This document shows, one piece after another, positions 33,630-45,900 of a stretch of 64,000 nucleotides of DNA. Source of the stretch: Cladosporium halotolerans. Its lineage: Eukaryota. The first letter of the stretch is position 1. The number at the start of each line of letters is the position of its first letter. Location: assembly GCF_011745625.1 (NCBI RefSeq), contig NW_027191457.1, positions 1,054,001 through 1,118,000 of the forward strand, read 5' to 3'. The position numbers were made by a program, and so were the translations under genes. The notes under the pieces are model-generated. The model had not been told where the DNA came from. It searched no databases and was given only the letters and a program-made list of their open reading frames with translations.

Positions 33630-34288
33630 GAGGAGCATGTGCATTTTGCGCTTTTGGGGAGAGCGATGGAGTTTGGAGAGGAATTTTTGGGATCTTGAGT
33701 TCGGATTAAATTGGGTGCTGGACGCAAGCGCCTAGGTTGTACATGTACCTAATAGCGATCATTGATTGAAGCATTTTTAACTACTGCAAATCGAATAAAC
33801 ACCTTTCTACGTTCTACATCTCAGCACCTCGAGTCTGATTCGCACAACTGCCGCTTTGCGCGTTCATGCCTCACGTGCACGGCCTCTGTCATACATATTG
33901 CACATTCACTTCACTTGCGCACCTGACTCGACCTGATTGGGCTTAACGCAACTTACTTGAAAGCTCACTCACTTCCGCTTGCACTCTCCAGACCGAACAG
34001 TTGCTTCCCGACGATCTCATAACATCAACACATCAACCACAAAACCAACTCCCGGCCAGCTCTCGGATCAAGAAACTAAGCAACCTGCATGTGCCAGCAA
34101 CTACCGTGACGACAAAGCAAGAGCAGGCCAAAGAGAAGCGACAAGCACTCAAGGAGATTGAGCACGCCCAAGAAACCGCTCTCACCTCCCAATCGAATAC
34201 CATCCTCCGGCGCCGTTGATAGCAGCATTGTCGCTCAAGGTCCTCAAATCGCCTGACTAGCCTCGGGTTGCCCAAAGCAAACACCGCC

Positions 34289-35109
34289 ATGGCATCTTCA
34301 AAATTCCACACCAGCGACTTCTTCAGTTCCTCTCTCGCGCCGAGCACATTCCACCATGCTCCGTTCGCCGGGCACAACCTCAACACATCACCCTCGACCG
34401 GCCAGAGCCCTAGAGAGCCCGGCGCGCCAATCAATGAAGAAAACGAGAACCCCAATGACAACGACACTGAATCCATGGACGAATACCAGGTCACCCCCAG
34501 CCATCCAAACGAAGGTATGCATCCATATTCCCTCCCTCCCTCCCTCCACCCCTTCACACTCACTAACCTCCCACCCCAGACATGGCCAGCACCCCACCAC
34601 CCCCAACCCCCCTCCACACCCAACCCGAAGACCCCACCCCACCCACCCGCAGCGAAACCGCCGCCCTCCTCGACCGCAACGCCCGCCTCGACGAAGTCGC
34701 GCAGCCGCTCTCCAAGTTCCGCGCCACGCGCGCCCTGCACGTGCGCCAGCTGCGCGACCTGCAGAAGAAGTCCGCCATGGTCGCCGGCCGCATCGACTTC
34801 CTGAACGACAGCGTCGAGGCGCTGCGCAGGCGGTGGGGCGAGATCGAGCGCGAGAAGGCCGCGCTGCTGGGCAGCAGCGAGAGGTACGAGCAGCGCGTGC
34901 TGGAGATGGAGGGCGTTGTTAGGAGGGATGATGGCGTTGCGAGGAGGTTTCATGAGTATTTGACGTTGAGGGCGGAGGTGCTGGTTTTGGAGGAGGAGGG
35001 GGAGGGGGAGGGGGAGCGGGGGAGGGTGTATGATTGGAGGGGCGGGGAGGGGCATGGGCGTGGGCGTGGGAGTGGGAGTGGGAGTGGCAGGCAGATGGGG
35101 AGAGCGTGA
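34289..35109 (+). CDS. Hypothetical protein with a short coiled coil; intron 34515-34579
   Basis: accgccATGG start; GTATGC..CTAAC..CAG intron joins ORFs 34268 and 34582 in frame. Confidence 0.7.
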
Positions 35110-35837
35110 GGGCTGTGATGACAGGGACGGGTGTGGGAGGCCTGAGATCGGGGAATGGAATTGTATAACGCTCACTTTGGGGCCTTGGAGGCGTGTGAAG
35201 GTTGCTTCATCGTCGAACAGCATCAGGCGTATGGTGTTGTTCCTTGCTCCTGTTCGCTCCGTACCTGCAACCTCTGCATGAAGGCACCTGTGAGCTTCAA
35301 CGGTTGAGACTTAATGGAACACCAGAGAACAATGTTCATGGGACCGACAGGCTTTGAGGCAAATGGAAGAATTGGTAGCAAGTATTAAGATTGGACAGCA
35401 GTTGCGAGCAAGCAAGGGCGCTTTAAACGTCGTAAACTCGAGTGAAGGCCATATAACGCTGTGGCTGAGCGGCGGAGGTGTATACTCTATGTCTCCAGCA
35501 ATATTCTGGAGACTTGGCTCCCGCCGCCCTCGAAAGAGAACCGTTCAGGTGTATTCGGTTCGCGTCTCATCAAAGAGATAGATCGGGGTGGGCAGTATTA
35601 TCCCTTGCGGCCAAAGACGGCCGAGAGGAGTTGAGAGATAATTGGTGTCTCGAAGTGCTGTCAGGCGTCCCAAGACCTCCGCTCTATCGGAGCGTAGCTG
35701 CTTTATCTTGCAATAATACTGTCGTCTAGGCTCAGACAAGGCTTGTAACTCTTCCCTCTAACACTCGTCTACCATCAGGGTATCATCCGTTGATCGTCAA
35801 GTAAATCAGTCAAATAGATCAAACCTCCCCCATGCCT

Positions 35838-37612
35838 CTACAGAACCGGCTGCTCCCAGCTTTCACGCCTGATCTTCATCAGATTGCTTTGCTTGTGCGG
35901 GAAACTGACCGCCTTCTCCTTCCAGAAGCCGACCGACTCGCAGTACTCCTTCAATCTAAATCACAAAGTCAGCAAAAGCACTCCTAAAACCCCCCAGGGA
36001 ACCGAAGAACTCACTTGGCATTATCCACCCTCGGCTCCATCACAACCCTCTCCGTCCTCAAATCCGCCGTCCAGCAATAGTGCACCAGCGCGCTCAGCCA
36101 CACCCTCACGCGCTGCGGCCCGCGGAACTCCTGCTCGCCCACCAGCACGTGCAGTCCTCGGTCCCAGTCCCCGACATCCTGCCCGCCCATGTGCGCCGCC
36201 AGCTTGTCCTCTTTGACGTAGTAGATCTCGAAGTACCCGAAGGGTTTGCCGTCGAAGGACCCGATGACGGGGAAGGAGTGCTGCGATTGCAGGTTGTTGG
36301 CGAGGAAGTCGTGCTGATGCGAGGCGGGGCCTTGCTCGCCCCACGAGTAGGCTACGCGCGGGTCGTTCATCCACTTGTGCAGGAGCTCGGGGTCGGAGAG
36401 GTTGGTTGTTGGCGAGGGGTGGGCGTCGTCGGAGAGGTTGAGGTTGGTCATTGAGGAGGTCGCGGCGTGGGGGAGGGGCTTGGTCGCGTGGTGTTCTTGT
36501 GCGGTCAGGGAAATGGGGCCGCGGTGCAGGACGGGGCGCGGGCTCAGGGATGCTACGCGGAAGGAGAGGTATTGGCCTAGCGAGGGGATGTAGCGGGTGT
36601 AGAAGGTTTCACCTTGGCGCGGGGGTTTGGGCCGGACTGGGTGGCGGACGTTGCCGGTCCATTTGTATTGGGCGGGAGGGGGAGGGTAGAAGGTGGGGAG
36701 GTGAGAGCCGGAGCTGAATGGGCCTGGAGGGGTGGAGGCTCGCCAGAGGAAAGAGCCGCCTGAGGTTGGTCCCAGAGAAGGAGTGCCGGGTGTTTCGTCG
36801 CCGGCGTACCGAGAGCTCATGGAGAGAGTGCTGTTACGGTTTGGTGAAGCTGGACGAGAGCCGGAAGGGCTCAGGCTCGGGTACGGTGAAGGCGCACCGC
36901 CGGCGGTGGGAGCTATGGTGAAGAGGTAGATGCGAGGGTCCAGCTGCCAGAAGGCTCGACGACTCACAAACATGTGGTCCCAGCCTTCTCCGCTCCTGCC
37001 CACACCCTCGTCTGGATCCAGGCCAACCGAGCTGTCCTCCGATGCGATCAAGCCCATGCGCTCCAGCTTCGGCAGAAGATGCTTGCTCTTGAAAATGCCC
37101 TCCCGGTTGATGTTGATCCTCCATTCTCCCTTCGGCTTGCCGGCGTCCGGAGTGTTGGCCGAGGCGGCAGTCGTCAGCTGCGGCTCGGGCTCAGGCTGGT
37201 GGAAGTACCACCACAAGGTCGCCCACAGCATCATGGCGATTTGTCGCGTAGGGCTAGTAGGCGGGCGGAACTCATGGCTGCTGGGGTTGCTTATGCTACT
37301 GATGAAGAGGTGGTCGTTCTTCAGCGTCGGCCGCTTAAAACGGTGGATGTGCTGCTCTTTCCTTGCGCCAGGTACAGGTATGGGATACTCGTCCTCGGCG
37401 CCGTGGTCAGGGTGGAGCTGGGTATGGGCAGCTGCGGAAGCTGAGGGCTCGTGATCGGCGGGTTCGTCCTCGGAGTGCAGAATGATGGTCCAGCCAGGCG
37501 GAAAGACATTGTGGTGGGTGTTGAGCTCATTGGACTTGAAGTAGAGGCCGCCAAAAGAAGGGGAGACGGTCAGAGTCTGGCCGTTCGGCAGGTGTAGTAT
37601 GGATGGAGCCAT
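35838..37612 (-). CDS. sidL: SidL-like N5-hydroxyornithine acetyltransferase (IucB/AlcB GNAT, siderophore biosynthesis); intron 36014-35956
   Basis: MAPSILHLPNGQ start, RHPVRPKPPRQGETFYTRYIP, LHKWMNDPRV, GYFEIYYVKED, DRGLHVLVGE and EPRVDNAK|LKEYC...FPHKQSNLM. Confidence 0.85.
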
Positions 37613-37923
37613 TGCGGTATGGGTTGACCAGCCAGGCCGGGGCTTATCGGTGAGGGAGCTTGATGCGCCAATGGGTTCACTGGGTGTATGGGTAATGCTG
37701 GAAAATGTTTTCTATACTGTAGTATGGCAGGGAATATGTAGTCAGAGGCAGGACCGGGGTCGGGCCGAGTAGGAATGCAGCGAAACGGTGCCTGTCAGGC
37801 CTCTGGGCGAAAGAATGGAGCGGGCAGGGTGTGGTGGTGCCCAAGCTCTCGAGCATATGACGATTGACTTCGCCCTCCCCCACCAGGCGCGGTGACAGCC
37901 GACGAGAGGGACGGCGCGCACGA

Positions 37924-38060
37924 GCCTGAGGCCTTGATGGATCTCGGCGAGCGCCTGAGGCGTGGAGGGACTTCGGTGAGCGCCTGAGCCCGAGATCTGT
38001 GTGTGCCTGAGGCGCGCAGAATGTCACGTGAGTTCATCCGACAAACTTCGAGCCTGAGGC
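37924..38060. promoter_or_regulatory. Array of five GCCTGAG(G/C)C pseudo-palindromes
   Basis: GCCTGAGGC at 37924, 37953, 38005 and 38052; GCCTGAGCC at 37982. Confidence 0.6.
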
Positions 38061-39026
38061 TGCCACGACGGAGCTTTGTGAGCGCTCGCAAGGATTCGCT
38101 GGCGGGGGATGGTGGTACCTTTAGGTAGGGCCAGCACGGCCAGGTACGACCGGACGACACAGGCACAGGCCGCGGGGTGTAGCGCCGCTCGTACCTGACT
38201 CGGGGACAAGCGAGCCGCAGGGGGTCTAGGCTCGCCAGCGCCGTCTTCACGCTCCTGCAGCGCACACTTTCGGTGGCACCGCCGACAATTGGTGGCGCCG
38301 GGGGATTGTTGAGGAGCGTGCGCGAGTCCAATGACCCGGTCGAGCACGCTGCTTCAATCTGGTGGCGGCAATCGTGCAAGGATCCGCATTTTGTCCCGCA
38401 AATCCGCACGTGGTGGCACAGCGATCTTCACATCCGATCAGCTGGGGTCTCCATCCTGCCGCGCCCTCAGCGTCCTCCCATGACTCTCGCAGCCAACTTG
38501 CCCCGGCCGGCGCGCTGTCAATTTGTCGATTCATCGTGTGTGCCGGCCTGAGCACATGCTGAGGTCCGAACTACACGAGAGCAAACACATTTGACTTTCT
38601 CCCTGGCCAGCTAGAAGCCACCAGGAAACCGTCCGTACCATGGAGCCACCCTTGCCCTCACTTGCACTACTTAGCGGATGCGGCCCAATGGCTTGGAGAT
38701 TGGCGACGGCGGCACGGAATCCTGCTCCGTGAAACCTCAACACCAAGCCTGAAGGATTTTAGCATATCTCCACGGCTCCTGTGCAGATGCTGGGCTCTTG
38801 CTCTAGGGCACGGCACGGGGCATTCCATCCTGTCAGGCGAGCTCTGTCGCCACCCGCATGTGGCTGGTCTGGGACTGTCTCTGCTGAACCCTAAAGATCG
38901 TTGTGTGGGCGCTGCTGCTCTTTGTATAAAGACGAACGCGCAAGGTCCCTAGCTCCCCTGTCCCCTCTCTCGCTTCGCACACCTCAATACAAATCCGACG
39001 CCAGAGGGACAGCTTGTGTTCGCAGG

Positions 39027-41700
39027 ATGTCGATCAGTAGCAAGCAAAGCCTCTACTCAAGCTTGTGCATGAGCATTGTCGATCATGGAAACAGCATAGC
39101 ACTGCGCTTTCTGGATTACCCTGGCATCGGCAAAGCGGACAGCAGCCGCCGGATTGACAGCCTAGCTATTGCATTTCTGGACATTAGCTGCGCTCTCTTC
39201 CGCGTCGAGAGCGGTGTCGACAGCGTCGTTGTTCGACCGGTCAAGCAAAAGCCCTCATCGTCTGGAGGCATTGATCGGTTACACGACGATCTACGACTCA
39301 TTTCCGCCACCTTCACCGACCTGGACAGGTTCCTCCTGAAGCGATCGGTCGACGACTACAAACAAAGCTTCAGTCTGTTCGGTCGCTCCCGTGGCGTGCA
39401 CGCAGAGATCGAAAAGCTTCAGAAGGCTTTGGAACAAGGCCTTGTGAAGCTACAATTGGCTATAGGCGCATTGCCGGGCTCTGACCTCCACATTACGAAT
39501 CCCGGAAGCGGCTACACCGACCTCCTTAGCCTTTTCGAGAACCGCCTGAAGAAGAGAAGTCAAAACAATGTCGCGGTGTTTGCAGCCCTGGCACGCAAAG
39601 AGGCTCCGCCAGAGCCTGCGATCAGCCCGTCGTTCGGCAGGTTCGAGTCGCAACAGTTGACCCACTCGAACTTCGAGAACGATACGGCGAGCGTGATGTT
39701 CTCTGATCTGGCTGGGTATCTGCCAATTACACCAGGACCCAGCGCACGGGCGTCACAGGCGGGACCCAACGACAATGTCTCCTCGCCAGGATCGCGCAAT
39801 CACAGGATGGCTTCGCACACGGAAGAGACGTCAAGTCAAGCCCACGATAGCGTCACTTCGCACTCACCAAGAATGAAGTCAGAGTACGGCTCGATACCAA
39901 TTCGAGGTCCCAAGAATGGGGTGAACGGCGCATCGCACACACAAAAGTCCACTCTCGTGCGTGCTGTACGTTTTAAGGATCACCGACTCGTTCAACAGCT
40001 TCTGGAGTTCCGGCACGCCCGCAGATGGCGAACCTGACCAGAACCTGCTACATTTGGCCGTGTCTATCAGCGACCTCGACAGCATGCGCCTTCTCCTCCA
40101 GTTCGGCGCCCAAGTCGATGCGCGGGACCGCGCTGGGATCACTCCACTTTACGCCGCGACCGAGGTCATGTTCCTAGCGGGTGCGCAGCTTCTACTGCAA
40201 CACGGCGCGGACCCAAACCTTCACGTGGAAGCTCATGGTGAGACTCCATTCGCACTGTCTTTGGCTGAGGGAAGAGATCACTTCGCGCTGCTGTACCTCG
40301 ACAACGGCGCTCATGTCGACACTCCGCTTGCAAACGGAAACACTCCTCTCATTCAGGCGATCGAGACCGCCTCGGACGGCACAGTGGTTGAGCTCATGCT
40401 CGAGAAGGGCGCCGACCCGAACCGCAAGAACAACAAAGGCGAGACAGCGCTTTTCAGAGCGATCAGCGTTGACCGCATCGACCATGTTACCAACCTGCTC
40501 GCTCACAATGCTAACCCGAATCTCCCCGGCCCGAAGCATATGCTGTGGCCTGCCGTGCACAAGACGCCTATCCTCGAGATGCTCCTTGCAAAAGGCGCAA
40601 ACCTGAAGCTGGCGCCAGGCATTCTGGAGCTTGCAACTTCCACAAACAGCGTCGAAGCAGTTACCCTGCTCCTCAGATATGGCGCCGATCCTAATGCAAA
40701 GAAGGACGGCATCTACACACCGCTCTGCTCCGCCATCCGCGACGACCGAGAACAGCTCGTGGATCTCCTCTTGCAGGCAAAAGCAGACCCCAACCTGGCT
40801 GCTCTCGATTACCCAACCTTCAAATGCGTCACCTATCACCGCCCCCACCTCCTTCCCAAGGTCCTCGACGCCGGCGCAGATATCCACCACCCCAAGGGCA
40901 TCGTAGAAGCGTGCGTCGAAAAGGGCGAAGCAGAGTGCCTCAAGATCCTCATCAAATACGGCGCCAACGTCAACGAGCGCGGCGCCTCCGGCAACACCGC
41001 CCTCACCACCGCCATCAAGCACGGCGACCACGCCATGCTCGACCTCCTCCTCGCCAACGGCGCCAACCCCGCCGTCCGCGGCCAAGAATGGCCCGTCAAC
41101 CTCGCCGTCGCCGACCCCGCCGTCCTCCAAAAACTCCTCCAGCACCTCTCCCCCGCCACCATCAGCAAAGGCGCCCTCGAGCGCGCCGTCATGGCCGACC
41201 AGCTCGCGTCCGTCAAAATGCTCCTCGCCGCCGGCGTCGACGTCGAGGACCGCAACGGCGGCGTCTTCTCGGCCCTCACGACGTCCATCCGCGAGGCCCG
41301 CAAGGACATCTTCTACTTCCTCCTCGACTCCGCCGGCGCAGACCCTAACTCCCCCGGCGAGCACCTGCCCATCATCAAGGCCATCCGCCGCCACCGCGCC
41401 GACGACCTGAGCTACATCCAGCACCTGCTCGAGTGCGGCGCCGACATGAACCTGATGTACCGCGGCTGGAACGCGGTGCTGCAGGCGCTGGACAACGGCG
41501 AGGCGGAGGTTTTCCGCTTGCTGGCGCGCTCGGGCAGCCCGGATTTGGAGGCGCGCGACGAGAGTGGCCGGACGGTGCTGGAGATTATGCGCGAGAGGGG
41601 CATGAGGGAGGAGCTGGAGATTCTGATGGAGGGGAGTGGTGGGGGGAGCAAGGAGGTTAGGGAGGCGTTGAGGGGGTTGAGGAGTTTGGTGCAGGATTGA
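39027..41700 (+). CDS. Ankyrin-repeat protein with N-terminal helical domain; +1 frameshift at ~40011 (assembly error or pseudogene)
   Basis: Many ankyrin repeats (GITPLYAA, GNTPLIQAI, GETALFRAI, GNTALTTAI). ORFs 38901 and 39961 join as LVQQLLEF-GTPADG if one C is removed from TTC-C-GGC. Confidence 0.82.
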
Positions 41701-42963
41701 TTGATGGAGTGGAGTGGTGTGGTGTGGGGATTTTTTTTTTCTTTTGTTGGTTTGTGTATTATGAGGTATGGATTCGGATGGTGGGATGGGATGGAACGGG
41801 CTGTAACTGTGTGGGCGGCTGACTTTGGCTTGTTACTTTTCTTTTGTTTGCAGTATACCTCTTTGGATGCGAGCGAATTGGGTTATTGGTACTAGGCAGG
41901 TATTAATGCTGTTTATGTATTAGAATTTTAACACCTTATCAGTGCGCCGCTCCGAGCATCATATATGGATTGATATCTCATTCGTTTATTTATCTTGGGA
42001 TATCGTGTCTCTGAGCATCCAACGGGATCAGTGGCTTGGTTCAGCCTCCGTCGGCAGGAATGTCAACGAGGTGTCGCGACTACCTGCCTGTCCAACATTC
42101 CCTATCACAGCTCCAGGTTGAGCAATCAAGACATGGATGCAGCTCGGGCGTACGTACACTCTCCGGAACGGCCACCGGCTCGCCCAAGCTCGCGTGCAGA
42201 TGTCTCGCGGCGTCGGCGGCGCAGGGGTGTGCGGGCGGGGAACGTTGCGGCACAGAGCCGAGAGGCTTTCGCAGGGGCGGCACACGCCAGCGAGGAGGTC
42301 GCTAAAGAAAGCTGGAGAGTCGCATTATTGCGTCTTTAGCTTTCCGTGAGGCGCGAGCTAAGGTAGCCCGCGATGGGGACGCCGCCCTCTGTACCTGTGG
42401 CCTGTTGGCCGACCGCGGTTATTTTTACCGCGAGGCGATCGGCGGCCGTCAGGTAGACACGCTCGACGCTAAGTCGACGTAGCACATGCTGAGAGTTCCG
42501 TCTTGATATCGTCGTGCTGTGAGGCTGCATCCCTACATGCGCGCACCTCACTTCCCCATCCTCCGCCAACACCACATGGACCCGCCGCCCCTCCAGGCGA
42601 CATCCGCAAATCTGGTGCACGCGGAGAAAGGCCGTCAGCGCGCCGCCGATCTCCCCATGCGCGCGTCCGCGAAATACCCCGACTGCTGATTATTCCACGG
42701 TTCGAACGCCCACAGAGCAGCTGACAGCCGACACCGCTCGCCGACTCACGCCCGCGGCGCTGCTTTGGGCTGCTGGTGAAACAGGCTACAGGCCTCGTAG
42801 ACCCGGCCGTCACAGAGCCTGAGCGCGCCCCAGGGCCGATCACACGCGCTTGCGTGCTGTAGCGAGAGCGCAGGCCGCTGCGAGGAATATATTGTCGCCG
42901 CGCATACAGTACAGCGATAGATAACACACGCCGCAGGAGGGCCCTTTGCCGCCCGCCGCCGCA

Positions 42964-45900
42964 ATGTTCGCCAAAGCCCGCCGCCACCGCGACTCCCTCT
43001 CCTCCAATCCCGCCAGCCGCACCCCGGTCAGCCCCCTCGACCAGCACTTCGACCTCAGCCGCGGCGCTGACCCCCAGCTGCATGCCGGCCTGCACTCGCC
43101 CATCTCCCTGGCCTCCGCCGACGACCGCGACCGTCCCAGCGCCGATTCTGTGCGACGCCTGACTGGCGATGGACCCCGCCGCTCGACTGTGAGCTTGCAG
43201 CCTCCCGTTCTGCCGCCCATTCCGCGGGTCGCGAGTCGAAACGAGGGCGACGCTGGTCTGCATTCGCGCAGAGAGAAAGAGCAAGGTCGGAGGGGAGACG
43301 GCGAGCTGCTTAGGGAGAACAACGCGGCTGGAGCTTTTTCGTCCGGCAAGCAGGCTGCGCCGTTCGGCAGCGATATTTCGCGTCCAGCTTCTGCTATTGC
43401 TGCTGCCCCGCCAGTGCTGGCGCCTTTGGACATTCCTTCCGTGACGACCACCGAGCCCTGGCCCGAGATCGATTTCGACAAGCCCAAGATGGAGGCCACC
43501 ATGTTTCCACGACCGCAACCGCAGGCCCCGGGCGACCCTTACACGGCTGGTCCGCCCATGAGTCGCAGCTTTGTCGATAGCCGAGACAGGCCCTACTCGC
43601 ACAATGTCCAGCGCCCGCCTGCGGTCGCGAGCAGCTACAGCTCGCCGAACATGCTCGATTCGACTCCGCAGGTGAAGGCAGCACAGGCTCCGCGATCCAG
43701 CCCGACTCCAGCTGCGAGCTTGGATAACGTGCGAAATACGCCTAGCGCGACAAGCACAAATTACAGTGGTTCTACGGCAAGACCGAGTATCAAGTCGACG
43801 AAGTCAGCTTCGGCTTCAGCTTCAACTCTGACCCAGACGATCGGGACACCCTACTCGGAAACGTCAGCCGCCTTCCCAGCTCCACAGCACGTAGCGACGA
43901 GGCCGAAGACCATGGGCTCGTCTTCAACGGTTGCGGGCGTGATGGTGCCTACGCATCACACGAACAGCCTTAACAAGGATCACTCAAAACCGGAAAAGCG
44001 CAAGACTCGCTTGCTGAATCCCATGGCATTGCTTGTACGGCGGCGGAGCGGACAGGATGCGGTCGCTGTTCCTGATGAGGCGGAGAGGCGAGCCCATGCT
44101 CAAGCGCAGGCGAGACAGCAGAGGGTGGCGACGGCGGGTATCAACAACATACCTGAGGATTTCGATCCGCGGATCAGGGGCAAGATCGTGCATGATTTCA
44201 ATGCCCCGAGACCGAGGCGAACGGTCTCATCGAATGATGCGGGTTTCAGACCTTCTGTCGATCAACAGATGCATTCACACGACAGCATGCCTGCGATACC
44301 CTCCATGTCTGGCCAGGAACAGCAACAGCGACAATCCACGCACAGCACACAGCCTAGCGATGTCAGCTCACGGCATAGCCGCCACACTCCTATTTTTATT
44401 GAGCACCTCTATGACGAACCTGGTCCATCTACGCAAGAGCATTCAATACAAGCCGAGCGGTTGGAAAACAAGGATTTCCTCAAGCGTGCGTCTCACCAGA
44501 GCAATTCTGGCCAGGAAGGTGCCTTTCTGCCGCCATTTGCTCGAAGAAGCCAGCAGCTGGATCCGATGCAAGCTAGCTTTTATCACGACGACGACAGTGA
44601 TAAACGTTCGAGCAATCAGTCGAATCTCGCTCAACGGGAATCTACTGCGAGCTCTGGCGTGCCGGTCAGCCCGATTGTCGTGGGGATGAACAACAACCAA
44701 GCAGACGGTCAGGATAAGAAGCCCAGGCCGGTGTCAGACATGTCAATGCTCGGAGGGAGGTTCGATGCGCCGACAAGCCACCCAACCACCTTCTACAACG
44801 GCGACCGCGACAGCAGGTTGACTACGCATACGCAATCACCGAGCGTCAGCACAATGAACGAGAATGCGTCTCCATCTCAAGGACCCAGCAGACCTCAGAG
44901 CCAGAGCCCTCCGACAAAAGCCATTCACCCTGCGCTTCGCAATATCATCAGCGGTCCGAACTCACCTAAACCCGCATTCCCGGACCACACATCTGCTCAC
45001 TCGTCTCCCGCCTTCAACTCCTCTGCAGCTTCCACGCCTGAGCCTGCTGTAGCTGACGCCGCTGTGACGCTTCAACCACCTAATACCCCTCCCAGGTTGG
45101 TGGAAAAGCGAGCTTCTGCGGTCGGCCACACGAAGCCTGCGGCGTCTCTCACACCAAAGCATGCTGCCTCGAACGCCTCCAGATTCAGCTTTCAGCTCGA
45201 CGCCAGCGCGGCAGAGGAGAAAGCCCTCGAGGAGAAGCACCGCCGCATGGCGAGCGGCACTCATCAGAGAAAGCAGAGCGTGACGGAACAAGATGAGGAC
45301 GACGACGAGTACTTCGATGAAGGCGCCATGGACGACGAGGACGAGATGGAGGCGGAGATGCGCATGCACGATAACGCGCAGTTCCAGCACCAGCCGAAGA
45401 TCCACGTCGCGCAGTCTGACACCAGCTCTGTATATGACGAAGATGCTCCACACGCCAGGCGAGACCCCGAGCAAACGTATGCAGAGCATCCGGCTTTCCG
45501 TGGTCATTCGGCTGTCTATAGCTCGAAGCACGATTCCATGGCGCCTAGCTCGCGGTATTCGAGCGATGCGTCCGTGTATGCTAGTAATGGCTGGAACCCG
45601 CAGCATTCGCGCTTCATGAGCGACTCGACGATGATGACAGTGGGCGATCAGGAAGGGAACGGTCAGGGCATGCCGAGGAATGACTTTTACATGCAGCCGC
45701 AGGCGGCGGCGTTTGGCATCGGTGCTCCTGGTGAGACGGCTGGTGGTAGAGTTCCCAACAGAGACAGCGTCATGACTGTTTCGACGGTGCACAGCAATGG
45801 AGCCCATCAGATGCCGCAGGCTGGGAACAATGCTGTCCCTGCTCCAAGCAATATGCAGCACCCCAACTTCAGTGGCTTCAAATTCAGCGACAGCCCGGAA

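Noticed and set aside
37924..38060. CRISPR-like reading of the regularly spaced GCCTGAGGC motifs
   Set aside because: Repeats are only 9 nt, spacing is irregular, the context is eukaryotic and there are no cas genes.
40005..40015. Programmed +1 ribosomal frameshifting at the ankyrin and LAO shift sites
   Set aside because: Neither matches known +1 signals (CUU-AGG-C, GCG-AGU-U, UCC-UGA); error or mutation is more parsimonious.
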